DNA of 64,000 nucleotides from Octopus sinensis (GCF_006345805.1 NC_043004.1:9672001-9736000), one strand, 5' to 3'. Numbered from the stretch's first letter, positions 48,466-61,663 are shown. Numbers and translations: made by a program. Notes: generated from the sequence alone by a model not told the origin.

Positions 48466-49815
48466 TCTCTATATATATAAAACTGAGAATGTGTGTGTCT
48501 GTCTGTCTGTCTGTGTGTTTCCCTAAAACTTGAGAACCACACAACCAATTTCATTCAAATTTTACACATGCCTTACTTAAGGGCGGGGAGTGTCATCGGC
48601 AAAAAAAGTTTTAACTTTTTCCCTAGAGCGATCCCACGGCAATATCATATCTTCTCCACTATTTCAGTATTGCGTGTTAAAAGTGAAACAAAAACATCTC
48701 TCTATTGTAATGCAGACATTCACTTTAATACTGAAACTATTAAAGTGAAAGTATTATATAACAGGGTTGAACCATTAACAGTGGTCATCCATTTTGCTAG
48801 AAGATCCGCTATGGTTTTATATGCTACACCACTGGTTTTCAATTCATATTAATCAAATTAATATTCTATTTTTCACCCTTATTATGTGTGTCTGTATTAG
48901 CAATTCGTATAAAATTGCATCAGTGAATTGAACTTGAATAAGTGGTTTCACACATAAATGGGGATAAGTTAAAAAGGTTTATTGTTATTATTATTATTAC
49001 TGTTTGACTATCGTAATCACGTTTGTTGGTTCCTCGTCAGTGAAACGTTGTTGTGTTGCATTTGTTAAATAATTGTAAACCGTAACCCTCCCCCTTTCGG
49101 AGAAGGGGCTTTGGTTATTGTTTAAAAATTGAATTGTGTCCCTGTTTGGGGAAATTGACAATATTTTCACCGACTTTACGGAAGCATTTTTGTTAAAATG
49201 CCTTCAATAGAAGAAAGTCCAAAAATGAATTTCGCTGCAGCCGTACACTTCTATACAAGAGGGAGGACAGGATCCAATTGATCGAAATTGCAAGAGACGG
49301 GCCTACAATTCCAGTCTGTTATATATTTTGAGTATTGTTATCACTAGCGATTTCAAGATATAACTTTGTATTTTGTATTTTATGTGTAGATGTATATATA
49401 TAGCTGTACATGTAATATGTACACATATATATACACATATATACATGTATAATATATCTACCCATACACACATACGCACACACACACACAGACACACATA
49501 CATAGGGGCAGGTGTGGCTGTGTGGTAACAAACAACGTTCCAAACACATGGTGCTGGGTTCAGTCCCACTGTGTGGTGACTTGGCATGTGTCTTCTGCTG
49601 TAGCCTCAGACCAACAAAAGCCTTCTCAGTGGATTTTGTACATATATACAGGCATACATACATATATATATATGCATACGTACATATTCGGCATAAACAC
49701 TCTACCACTACAACTAATAACTCATACAAAAGTCTTTGGGCCCATACAATGTGACATGTACACAATCGAGTAGCAAAAATGGGGCCTTCCACATGCTCAT
49801 ATCCTGCTTTGGCTC
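48466..49815 (+). mobile_element. Helitron derivative with 5' TC end and a Rep motif-2 fragment
   Basis: A|TC start; 49723-49815 translates HTKVFGPIQCDMYTIE*QKWGLPHAHILLWL, the Helitron E-x-Q-x-x-G-x-P-H-x-H motif. Confidence 0.75.
49507..49640 (+). mobile_element. SINE family 1 head fragment nested in the Helitron derivative
   Basis: GTGTGGCTGTGTGGTAA..GGGTTCAGTCCCACTG. Confidence 0.7.
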
Positions 49816-49829
49816 TCAGCGAAGATCAA

Positions 49830-50383
49830 TTCCAATGGGAAAAAGGTTCTACTCTATCTGGTGCGATTGCAAAGGCGTAATTCACTTTATATTACCACCT
49901 AATGCAACAATCAATGCTCAAGTCTACTGTCAGCAATTAGAGCGTTTGAACCAAGCTTTGAAGGAAAAAAAAGCCGCTTTAGTGAGTCGAAAACGAGTGA
50001 TGTTTCATCAGGACAATGCGCAACCCAACACTGCAAAGATCACATCACAGAAGATCGAAGAGGTCGGTTTGGAAAAATTTCTTTATCCAACTTATTCTCC
50101 CGACCTTACTCCTTCAGGATACCATTTGTTTCATAGTTTACAGAATTATTAGGGGGAGACAACTTTCGCAAGCCAGGAGGAGGTCGAACCTGAAATTTCA
50201 GAGTTCTTCGCTTTGAAACCAAAAGAGTTTTACATTGATGGGATTAAAAAGCTTGTAAATAGATGGAAGTAAGTCATAGATAATCAGGGAAAGTACATTG
50301 ATGATTAACTTTCAATTAAATATAACATTTGATCACTCGGATTCTTTATCCAAAATTCGGACAGAACTTATGGGATGACCTGA
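49830..50383 (+). mobile_element. Mariner (DD34D) 3' fragment with right TIR
   Basis: VMFHQDNAQPNTA..YSPDLTPSGYHLF; TIR TCGGACAGAACTTATGGGATGACCTGA at 50357-83. Confidence 0.9.
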
Positions 50384-50675
50384 GATATATACACCGGCGA
50401 AAATATATTTAAGACCGACGATAAAAGTTCTATTTCTTACAAAATATTTTGTTACTAACACCATACAAATTATTTATATCTTTTACACCTTATGCAAAAT
50501 TTATTTCTCTTTCGAATGATGCAAACAATTTTTATACAACTTGAAGAATTCTAATGCTAAATTAGAATTATGGTGCATTTAGCCTCGTTGTGTGACCACC
50601 CATTTTGGCCAAAAAAATTGCATACATATTACATGGTCTTAAACTAATATTGCCGGTAAATTGGAAACGTTTATA

Positions 50676-50790
50676 TTACGTTCTGAGTTCAAATTCCGCC
50701 GAGGTCGACTTTGCCTTTCATCCTTTCGGGGTCGATAAATTAAGTACCAGTTACGCACTGGGATCGATGTAATCGACTTAATCCGTTTTT
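50676..50790 (+). mobile_element. SINE family 2 core fragment
   Basis: ACGTTCTGAGTTCAAATTCCGCCGAGGTCGACTTTGCCTTTCATCC. Confidence 0.8.
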
Positions 50791-51292
50791 GAGTATCGAC
50801 GAATAAGTGACTGATTTTCAAGAGGATTACCACGTTTAAATAAGAAATGAAATTCATTGAAAGGTTAACTTTAGTTAATCATGCAAATAATAGCCGATGG
50901 GAATATTCCACTCTCTACTATAAAAAAATAATTTAAGATTACAGCTTTGTGCATAAGTGTTCATTGGATCTAATGATCTAATTGGACCGTAGTTTCAAAA
51001 AGCTTTTATATTCTAAAAAATTATATTTTAAAGTTTAAGAAAATAATAAGACGCTAAATATTTATTCTTACAACATACTAAAATGTCTGTAATTTTTTTA
51101 TATAGGGGGTGAATAAATGAATTCTTGTGTCCCCTATATCTAATTTTAAAATTAGTAGTACTCTCTATATAAATTTTCCTAAGTCCGGAGCGTTAAACTA
51201 ATAAACCTGTTTGCTGTTTACACACCCGTCTTCGTCTTTTGTTCGTTTCTTTTATAAATTCCAAATATATATGTATGTATGTGTGTGTATGC

Positions 51293-51359
<67 letters not shown>

Positions 51360-51424
51360 GGATTTTGCAGACAGGAACTGAAACAAATCAATCGTATATA
51401 TATGTGTGTATATATGTAAGTGTA

Positions 51425-53520
51425 TGTGTTTTGATATTGGCAACATGAATGACAATGGCCAGAGACTACTTGAATTTTGCACATACCTTAACCTGTGCAC
51501 CACTAACACATTCTTTGCCAACAAGACATCCCACAAGGCATCTTGGAGACATCCAAGATCTCACCACTGGCATCAGCTGGATCTCATCATTACACGAAGA
51601 TCCTTTCTGAAATCTGTTCAACTGACTCGTAGTTACCACAGCGCGGATTGTGACACAGATCATTCACTAATAAGAAGCAGGGTGAGGATTCTGCCTAAAA
51701 AGTCCAACACTCCAAGAAAATGAGCCGACCACGCATTAACACTGCCAGAACCTCTGACCCTACACTGCGACAATGTTTTGCTGTTTCTATCAAAGTTGCC
51801 CTCAGTAGCTGCCCAACCTCATCTGCTGAAAGTATGTGGAATTATATCAGGGAAGCTTTGTAAACCACATCAATAGATACTTTCGGCATGAGAAAAAGGC
51901 AAAACCCAGATTTTGTTCAGTGCTGGGCTCTCACAGCTGGAAACAGTTATCGAAACAAAGCGTGCAGCTCTGATGTAATACAAAAGTGATTCTTCTATAA
52001 AGTCACTTGAAGAACTCAGAAAGGCAAGAAATAAAACCCAACTGACTCCTAGACGCTGAGTAAATAGGTATTGGCAGAGTATCCAGTCAGCTGCTGACAG
52101 TGGCGACACCCGTGGGATGTATGCCGGTTTGAAGAAGGCTCTCGGTCCATCCGCAACCAAGTCAGCCCATCTGAAATCAACTACTGGGGATCTCATCAAG
52201 GACCAAAGTAAGCAAATGGATAGATGGGTGGAGTACTACCTTGATCTCTACTCACGAGAGACCACGGTAGGTGAGGCTGCAATCGAGGGTGTCAAAATCT
52301 TGCCAGTCATGTGTGAACTTGACAGTCTGCCATCTATAGCAGGGCTCACCAAGGTTATTGACACCCTAGCAAGTAACAAGGCTCCGGGAAAAGACGGCAT
52401 CCCCTTAGACATCATCAAAAACGGCAAAAACACCATCCTGCTTCGGCACATTCATGAGCATCTGTGTCAGTGCTGGGAAGAGGGTACATTCCCTCAGGAT
52501 ATGCGGGATGCTAACATCATTACGCATGACAAAAACAAAGGTGACCGTGGTGATTGTAACAATTACCGTGGAATATCTCTTCCAAGCACTGTTGGAAAGG
52601 CCTCTGCTCACATTATCCTGTCCAGGCTGCAACTGCTTGCTTCTCGAATTTATCCAGAATCGCAGTGTGGCTTTAGAAGAAGCAAATCAACTATTGACAT
52701 GATATTCTCTATACGCCAACTTCAGGAGAAGTCCAGAGAGCAGAAAATGCCATTATATATGGCCTTCATTGATCGGACAAAGGCCTTTGACTTGGTAAGT
52801 AGAAAAGACCTCTTCATCCTGCTCCAAAAAATCGGATGTCCACCAAAGCTGCTGAGGATCATCACATCTTTCCATGATGATATGCAAGGCACCATACAGC
52901 ACAATGGTTCAACATCAGCCGCCTTCCAAATAAAAAACGGGGTAAAGCAAGGTTGTGTCCTTACTCCTACATTATTTGGCATCATCTTCTCGCTGCTGCT
53001 GTCACATGCCTTTGTGACATCAGATGATGGAGTGTTTCTGCACAGTAGAAGTGATGGGAAACTGTTCAATCCCCCGCGTCTGCGTGCCAAGACCAAAATC
53101 AGAAGCGTCCTGATCAAGGAGATGCTATTTGCTGATGATGCCGCTCTGGTATCACACACAGAAGCCCTACAAAGGCTCATCAACTGTTTTGAGCAAGCAT
53201 GTGGCAACTTTGGCTTATTTATCAGCCTTAAGAAGACTAACATCATGGGTCAGGCTAGATCGACCATCCCAAACATATATATTGGAGACCACAGACTACA
53301 GGAGGTGGAGAAGTTTACCTATCTTGGCTCTACCATCACCTACAACTTATCCCTTGATGCTGAGACCAATATACGCATTGGCAAGGCGGCTGCTGTGATG
53401 GCCCAACTCTCCAAACGGACATGGGACAACAATAAGCTGACCAAGACCACAAAAATGAAGATTTACCAGGCATGTGTACTTAGTGAGACTTGGACGCCAT
53501 ACACACGCCATGCGACGCCA
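51425..53520 (+). mobile_element. RTE-clade LINE, truncated at both ends (APE C-terminus plus RT)
   Basis: SWRHPRSHHWHQLDL..CDTDHSL; RT motifs NYRGISL, QCGFR, FIDRTKAFD, GVKQGCVLTPTLF, LFADDAAL, FTYLGS. Confidence 0.95.
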
Positions 53521-53532
53521 TACGTCGCCTAA
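52117..53532 (+). pseudogene. Uninterrupted 471-aa stretch of RTE reverse transcriptase
   Basis: ORF track 52117..53532; the upstream linker has stops/frameshifts and the C-terminus is cut off. Confidence 0.85.
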
Positions 53533-53661
53533 ATAGAAAAAAGCCTTTTACGTTTCGAGCCTACGCTCTTCTACAGAAACGGACACAGAAAATACAAGGA
53601 GAGAAAAAAAATGTGTGTAGTGGCTAACGATCTATCATGGCGACTGATAACAGATAATGCA

Positions 53662-53665
<4 letters not shown>
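53530..53665 (-). mobile_element. U6-variant hammerhead family copy (motif 53545-53580)
   Basis: Minus strand TTT-CTGTAGA-A-GAGC-GTAG-GCTC-GAAAC-GTA-AAA. Confidence 0.65.
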
Positions 53666-53734
<69 letters not shown>

Positions 53735-53748
53735 ATATACATATTATA

Positions 53749-55382
53749 CAGATTTCTGTGCCAAAACAGACACGGTTGTTTTTACCGATTACATTAGGGA
53801 TAAATTTCAAATGTCTTAGTTCTGGCGCGCTAAAAATTCCTGAAGCGAAGTAACTGCAGTAAATAATTTACTGCGATTAGTGCTACTTACTAGAGAACGT
53901 ATTTATTTCAATATTTAAATAATGAGGGAGATAAATTAATATTAATCTAAAACCAGTAGCCTAGCATACAAAATCTGAAAATCAGAGAAAATTCGAATAC
54001 ATGTGTATTAGGAGTGGCTGTGTGGTAAGTAGCTTGCTAACCAACCACATGGTTCCGGGTTCAGTCCCACTGCGTGGCATCTTGGGCAAGTGTCTTCTGC
54101 TATAGCCCCGGGCCGACCAATGCCTTGTGAGTGGATTTGTTAGACGGAAACTGAAAGAAGCCTGTCGTATATATGTATATATATGTATGTATGTGTGTGT
54201 GTTTGTGTGTCTGTGTCTGTCCCCCTAGCATTGCTTGACAACCGATGCTGGTGTGTTTGCGTCCCCGTCACTTAGCGGTTCGGCAAAAGAGACCGATAGA
54301 AGAATACTGGGCTTACAAAGAATAAGTCCCGGGGTCGATTTGCTCGACTAAAGGCGGTGCTCCAGCATGGCCGCAGTCAAATGACTGAAACAAGTAAAGA
54401 GTAAAGAGAGTAAAGAGTATTGAGAGGGCAAGACCGCTAGGTAGTCGGCCGTATGCTAGAAATAGATCATCAACGATCAAACTACAAAGAATGTTCTCTA
54501 GAGGAAAATTCAGCGAACACCAGAACCAATTAGGCGGGCAAGACAGATGAAAATTATATAATTTTCATAATTTTCATCTGTCTTGCCCGCCTAATTGGTT
54601 CTGGTTTTCGCTGAATTTTCCTCTAGAGAACATTCTTTGTAGTTTGATCGTTGATGATCTATTTCTAGCATACGGCCGACTACCTAGCGGTCTTGCCCTC
54701 TCAATACTCTTTACTCTCTTTTACTCTTTTACTTGTTTCAGTCATTTGACTGCGGCCATGCTGGAGCACCGCCTTTAGTCGAGCAAATCGACCCCGGGAC
54801 TTATTCTTTGTAAGCCCAGTACTTATTCTATCGGTCTCTTTTGCCGAACCGCTAAGTGACGGGGACGCAAACACACCAGCATCGGTTGTCAAGCAATGCT
54901 AGGGGGACAGACACAGACACACAAACACACACACATACATACATATATATACATATATACGACAGGCTTCTTTCAGTTTCCGTCTAACAAATCCACTCAC
55001 AAGGCATTGGTCGGCCCGGGGCTATAGCAGAAGACACTTGCCCAAGATGCCACGCAGTGGGACTGAACCCGGAACCATGTGGTTGGTTAGCAAGCTACTT
55101 ACCACACAGCCACTCCTAATACACATGTATTCGAATTTTCTCTGATTTTTCAGATTTTTGTATGCTAGGCTACTGGTTTTAGATTAATATTAATTTATCT
55201 CCCTCATTATTTAAATATTGAAATAAATACGTTCTCTAGTAAGTAGCACTAATCGCAGTAAATTATTTACTGCAGTTACTTCGCTTCAGGAATTTTTAGC
55301 GCGCCAGAACTAAGACATTTGAAATTTATCCCTAATGTAATCGGTAAAACTAAACACGTGTCTGTTTTGGCACAGAAATCTG
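53749..55382. repeat. Near-perfect ~810-bp inverted duplication (arms 53749-54557 and 54567-55382), 9-bp spacer
   Basis: Arms read as reverse complements, including an embedded SINE in each (54011-54420 plus; 54704-55116 minus); differences are mostly homopolymer lengths. Confidence 0.95.
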
Positions 55383-55503
55383 GGGTTAGTTTTTCAGATT
55401 GCATTTGTCTGAACGAACGCACTGACGAAACTACGGACATTTGAATTATGTAAGTAATTCTTTTGTTAATAGTTGAAACCGAGGTATGTGATTAATTCTG
55501 TTT

Positions 55504-55644
55504 TTATATAATTTTCATCTGTCTTGCCCGCCTAATTGGTTCTGGTGTTCGCTGAATTTTCCTCTAGAGAACATTCTTTGTAGTTTGATCGTTGATGATC
55601 TATTTTTAGCATACGGCCGACTGCCTAGCGGTCTTGCCCTCTCA
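55504..55644 (+). repeat. Third copy of the inner ~140 bp of the palindrome arm
   Basis: Matches 54554-54703 apart from the 9-bp spacer duplication and about 3 substitutions; continues into (TA)n instead of the SINE. Confidence 0.9.
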
Positions 55645-55655
55645 TATATATATAT

Positions 55656-55704
<49 letters not shown>

Positions 55705-55852
55705 TATATATATAATATATATATACATATATATATATATATACATACATATATATATATACATATATATATACATACATATTATATATACATATATATA
55801 TATACATATATATATATACATATATACATACATACATACATACATACATACA

Positions 55853-55887
<35 letters not shown>

Positions 55888-56486
55888 TTCAATACATACA
55901 TCTATGTATGTATGAATGTTTGTGTGTGTGTGTGTGCATGTGCTTGATCCACCTTTCCCAATAATTTTTTTTAAAGTAATTTCCGCCCAATAATTTCCCC
56001 ACTTCTTTCATTGTCACCATTCTCACTAATTGAATTCGCTTCTGAAAACACTCCAGCATTTGCCACATAGAAATGTTCTCTTGATTTTTCTCTCTCAAAC
56101 TCTCTCTCACCTTCTTTTTCCTCCATCCCCTTCTCAGCCACCCCTTTTTGCTTTTTCCTTCTCTTTTGCTACCGCCACTAAAGAACTTCCGAGTAATTAT
56201 ATTCTCGTCGCTTCTACATATCATCCACTAACGCAAACTGTACAGTATCGGTTCTTCCAAATTTTTTCCAATCTAATGAAGAATCTACTAGAATCGCCTC
56301 CTTGTATCCACTTTCTCCTTCTTCTCCATTCATTGACTTGTACCTGATCACTGCTCGATCTCGTTGGTTTCGAAGGCTTTGCGAAGGCCATGGACAGAAT
56401 GACACCTTGATTAAACTGCTCTACTCCATTCTCTCTCTACATTTTAAACACCGAACTGATGATTTTCAAGGTTCTGTGTTTCTACA

Positions 56487-57510
56487 ACTGTCTGAAGGAG
56501 CAAGGTCGGGAGAATAAGGTGGATGATGAATATTTTCCCAACCAAGATCTTCGACCTTCTGTGATCTGATCTTTGCAGTGTAGGGTGGCGCATTGTCCTG
56601 ATGAAACATCACTCCTTTTCGATTCATTAAAGAGGGTATTTTTCTCTTCAAAGCATGGTTCAAACTCATTAATTGCTGTAGACTTGAGCATTGTTGCATT
56701 AGGTGGTAGCAATTCCAAGTGAATTACTCCTTTGTAATCCCTCCAGATAGAGAGAAGAAATTTTTTTCCATGAAGTTCCCTTCTTGGTTGTGGTTGAGCT
56801 TTTTCCCTTTTACCAAGCCATTGTTTACGACGTTTAACATTTCAATAGAAGATCCATTTTTCGTCACCAGTCACAAGTCTATCGAAAAAGGGTGAAATGA
56901 GTTCGCGAGAATGGAGAGAAGAGCAGATGTCAACTCAGGATTTGCGGTTGCTTTCGGACAATTTATGAGGCACCCATTTTCCAAGTTTAGGAACCTTTCC
57001 AAGTTGTTGAAGATGACGATGAACAGTTGTATGGTTTGAAGTAAGCTTTATTGCCAATTCTTCAACTGATAATGCAAGATTGATTTTCTTCAAGTAATGC
57101 CTCAAGGAGCTTATCATCAAACTCAACTGGACGTTCTGTTCGATCTTCATCTTCAAGGCTGAAATCTCCACTTCTGAATTTTGCAAACCATCTTCTGCAA
57201 GTTCTTTCATTCAAGCATTCTTTCCCGTAAGCTGAATGTATGTTTCTAGTCTCTTCGGCTGCAGAGTTTTCTTTTCTGTACTCATAAAGCATTATGTGCC
57301 TCAAATGCTCTTTGGATACTTCCATGTTAGAAAGGGTTTTTAATCAAAGAAATTTCAATTTTATTATTCTGTAAAATAATATTTAATATGTTTAAATGTA
57401 CACAAATGCATAAAAATAATTTTTAATTCCATTATACATTCTAAAATACTATCAAATTTCATTCAATTTTAAAAGAAGTAAAATCGGACAGAACTTATGG
57501 GATGACCTGA
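56487..57510 (-). mobile_element. Mariner (DD34D) relic with 5' TIR, 3' end missing
   Basis: MEVSKEHLRHIMLYEY..RRWFAKFRSGDFSLED; KWVPHKL; MFHQDNAP; YSPDLAPSD; TIR at 57484-57510 followed by TA. Confidence 0.9.
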
Positions 57511-57779
57511 TATTTGTGCAGTTACTAATTCGGGTGGAGAAAATAATTTGGTGCAGTGGCTGCAGTAATTATATTGATAGTGAGGCGGACAGTCGGATTT
57601 GTAAACAAATAAACATGGCGGCAAAGTATTTGCGCGGAATAGTTAGGCATAAACAAACTATTACAATAACAGTAATAACAAATAACAAACAATAACTATA
57701 ACAGTAACAGCAGTACAATAAAATTAATATAATTATCTTTATAATATTGGAAATAATAACGAAGCAACAACAATACTAA

Positions 57780-58055
57780 TATTGATAATTATAATTACTG
57801 CAGCAATAATAATAATGGTGATTATGATGACGATGATGATGATGGTTGTGGTGGTGATGATGGTGGTGGTTGTGGTGATGATGGTGGTGGTGGTGGTGGT
57901 GGTGGTGGTGGTGGTGTGGTGGTGGTGGTGGTGGTGTGGTGGTGGGTGGTGTGGTGGTGTGGTGGTGGTGGTGGGTGGTGGTGGTGGTGGTGGTGTTAAT
58001 AATAATAATATATTTAAACTTATGTGCAGCTTGTATAAATTAAAGCCAAGACAAA

Positions 58056-58112
<57 letters not shown>

Positions 58113-58165
58113 TGATGATGATGATGATGATGAGGAGGAGGAGGAGGAGGAGGAGAGGAGGAGGA
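57780..58165. repeat. Compound trinucleotide tract (GAT/GGT/AAT/GAG)n
   Basis: Direct reading. Confidence 0.95.
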
Positions 58166-59787
58166 GGACAACAATCCATTGCCTTAACGAGGAGAGTAGC
58201 ATGAAGTAAATGAAAATGGAAAGCAGTTACTAACAATTATAAAAATAAGAACAAGGTGAGAGGAAAAAATTAATAAGTTCACTTTGTTAGAGAAGGGAGA
58301 AAGCTAATTTCCTCCTGGCGGTTATGGTGAAATGTTGCCTTTTCTGTAGAGATATGAAGAGGGTGACGCTTGATGAGTGTTATCATAGGAAGAGGCTGGT
58401 CTGTCCTCCTTCCTGACGTTCAACATGAAACCGCGAACACAGCCGCAGCCGCCATTGCATTGTCAACAGCGATTCCATGAACGCCGCTTAATTTCCTGCA
58501 TATCTTTGAGGAAACTAAGGAAGGTGAAAAATACAGGAATAAAAGAAGGAAGTTAGTGGGGGAGGGGCTGTTTGTGAGGGAGAGATGGGGTTGAAATGAG
58601 GCTGAGAAGGAAGAGGAGGAGGAGGAAGAGGAAGGAAGAGAGAAGTGTGAAATTGTAAAGAGACGTAGAGATGGAGTGATGGAGGATAAAGTATAAAAAA
58701 TGAAAGAGATCCGAGTGACGGGAAGGAAAAAGAATGAAAGCGGTGAAGAAGAAAAACAGAAAACATATGAATGAGTAAAAGGTGAAGGAAACAATTAAGG
58801 AATGAAGAAGATAAAAGAATTTGTAAAAAAAAATGCAAAAATAGGAGGAATGATGATATTTAAAAAAGAATTAAGAATCGAAGTTTGCAAAGGAAAGAGA
58901 GGATGCATGAAATAATAAGAAATAAGGGGGGGAATGTTGTAAGGGAAGATTGACGATTGAGAATTGTATGTGAATGAAAAATGAAGGGAAAAATTGTTTG
59001 AATGAAGAAATCTTATAAATGGAAATATAAAGATAAAATAAAAATTATGTGAAGGAAAAAAGGAAGGAAGAAGAAATGAGAGAATATGAGAAAAGAAAAC
59101 ACTGTAAAACAACTGTCTTTAATTTTATGTTAGTTCTTATCAAACAGATCAATGTTAAAAATGTTGAGGGGCCTATACACGCTTCCAGTAGAGAATCGAG
59201 AACATGTACTTACGAGGAAAGATAATGTTCTTGTTCTCTTTTATAATTTCTGCTGATATATTGTCATTGCCAAGAGATTTTTCCACTTGCGAGCTCATCA
59301 ATGGCTTTCGCCAGTTCCTCCTGGGTGGATTTTTCGTTAACTTCTGTCATCTCTGGAAATTGAGGAATTACTTCTTGTCGGTTTTCATTCACTGATCGCT
59401 CTTCTGAGTAAGAGGCATGAGTAATGTTCAGCCCATCTCTCTATCTGCAGGTGTTTATCTGTGATCTGTTCTCCTGAAAAGCATTTTAGAAGTGTTACAT
59501 CTTTCTTATGCCACCAGTCTCAGAAATTTTCTGAATGTCTGCACAAAATTTTCCCTGTCGTGTCGGCACATTATCATGCCTCTCTTTGAAGGGTGGATTT
59601 TGCAGCTGAGAGCCTGTTCAGGGTACAATCTCATAGGGTCTTGCTGTACAGCAACCCGTTGTTCTCGATCAGTGGCTTCAGTCGGTCTCAATCCAGTCCG
59701 TCCAAGGAACACCAAACGCTTGCCAAACTGAATCACAAATGGTTGTTCTAATACAAGCCCATATTTCCTCTGCGCAGGATTTATTTA

Positions 59788-60679
59788 CGAGGTAGTATCA
59801 AAACTAGTTTTGTAGCGTGCCAACAGATGGCAGCACATGGTTGCATGCACAGTGAGAGCTAGCAGTGACCTTCAGGAAGCAGTGTGCTGAGAGACATCGT
59901 AGTAGTTTACTTCACAAGTTGTGAAATTTGTGCTTTTGTGATCACGTGTATGCTGTAGTATGGACAGGAAGTTGGAACAAAGAGCCAACGTGAAATTTTG
60001 CACTAAACTTGGGGAGGCAGAAACATTGAGCATGCTTCGGCAATCTTACGGCGACGAGGCAATGGGTTGTATGTAATGTTTCAAGTGGCAAGAACGCGCT
60101 TCAAAAGCGGGATAACGTCCCTGGAAGACGATGACCGATCTGAAAGACCTACTACGAGCGTCACCTCCAGAAATATGGCATTGTGCCTCGAAAATTCGTC
60201 CCCCAGGGTCAGACCGTCAATCGAGAGTTTTACTTCGACATTTTCAAGCTTTTGAGGTCGGACATTCGGTGAAAACGATCGGACCTGTAGAGTGCAAAGA
60301 ATTGGATTCTTCACGACGACAACACACCGAGCTCTCTTCATTTGTGAGATTCTCACCAAAAACAAGGTGGTATCGCTTCCGCATCTCCCATTATTTGCCA
60401 GATTTAGCACCTGCCGACTTACATCTCTTCCAGAAGATGAAAATGCAGCTCAAAGGACGCTGTTTTAACACCGTTCTCGAGATCCAGAGCAAAACGAAGA
60501 AGGTCCTCGACTCACGGAAAACAAAATCCAAGCCGGATTCCAAACGTAGCGGGAACGCTGGGACCGGTGTATTGCTGCGCAAGGTGACCATTTCGAAAGA
60601 GATGATGTTATAACTTAGGTAAATAAGCTATTTTTTTTATTAAGCATAACAAGTCCGGGAACTTTTTGATATCACCTCA
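59788..60679 (+). mobile_element. Internally deleted mariner with both TIRs and TA TSD
   Basis: TA|CGAGGTAGTATCAAAA ... TTTTTGATATCACCTCA|TA; EQRANVKFC; YLPDLAPADLHLFQKMKMQLKG. Confidence 0.85.
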
Positions 60680-61282
60680 TATTTCCAACAGCTGATTTTC
60701 AATTTACTTCAGAAAGGTCGCTTTCGGTTCCTTGTTGCCGACATTCCTAAAGTTAATTTTGGTTTCTTTGACTTCTTTGATCTGCGAATGCTTTTTTTTG
60801 TGTTATTTTTGTCTTGGCAATGGTCAGTGGTCAGTTTTGCAGTCCACGTTGGGAATGACCTTGTTCATTTCACACTATTTAGATGACTTTTTCTAACGAT
60901 GATAAAATCGATTTGATGCCAATGGCCAAATCTAAGATGACATCATGAAACTTTGTGATATATTCCTTACCATTGTAGAAGGCTTCTGTGATGTAGAGGT
61001 TATTGGAGCAGAATTCTAATATTCTCTGGACGATTCCAAAGGAGCGAAAACAAGTTGGCCATGTCTGCTGACCTGACCCAAATCTTGCATTGAAGTCGCC
61101 GAAGATGAAAACTTAATTTTCTGCAGGCATTTCCTTGAGCACTTTCTGTAGGTCTTCGTAGAACTTGTCCTTTTTGACATTCTCAGCTGCCAGTAATGGA
61201 GCATAGTTGCAACAGCACTCTCAGATGACACCAACAACACTCTCAGATAACAACATTGTTGAACTACGTATGGTCCTGCGTG

Positions 61283-61368
61283 GGATCTTTTCATTTTGAA
61301 GGCCAGATTTTCCTAGTTAACATGCATGTATATGCATGTGTTTGAGAGAGAGAGAGAGAGAGAGAGTG

Positions 61369-61399
<31 letters not shown>

Positions 61400-61663
61400 T
61401 GTGTGTGTGTGTCGTGCATCTGCTATATTTCTTTATCAATATCGATAACGCAGCAATGCTGGGATTTCATTGGTTAAAATTCGAAGATGTTGGGATTTCA
61501 TTGGTTAAAATTCTTAAAATTAAACTACGTTTAAGTTACGAATTACAATTTTGTTTTCAATTTTGTTTACAATAATGTTTTCTTTTGACACATTCTACCA
61601 GTATACGAAGTTTCAAATTGTTTAGTTAACTAGGAAAATCTGGCCTTCAAAATGAAAAGATCC
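61283..61663. mobile_element. Merlin-like MITE with perfect 39-bp TIR and 8-bp TSD CCTGCGTG
   Basis: TIR GGATCTTTTCATTTTGAAGGCCAGATTTTCCTAGTTAAC at 61283-61321 and 61625-61663; TSD at 61275-82 and 61664-71. Confidence 0.9.

Noticed and set aside
50551-50582. TTGAAGA followed by a perfect 8-9-bp hairpin
   Set aside because: No GAAA, stem III or stem I.
55950-56410. Minus-strand K/E-rich segment faintly like a LINE ORF1 C-terminus
   Set aside because: No diagnostic motif; left unclassified.
57600-57690. AAACATGGCGGC (YY1/start-like motif) with short ORF MAAKYLRGIVRHKQT..
   Set aside because: A single motif with no CpG-island context or clear donor; insufficient for a promoter or first-exon call.
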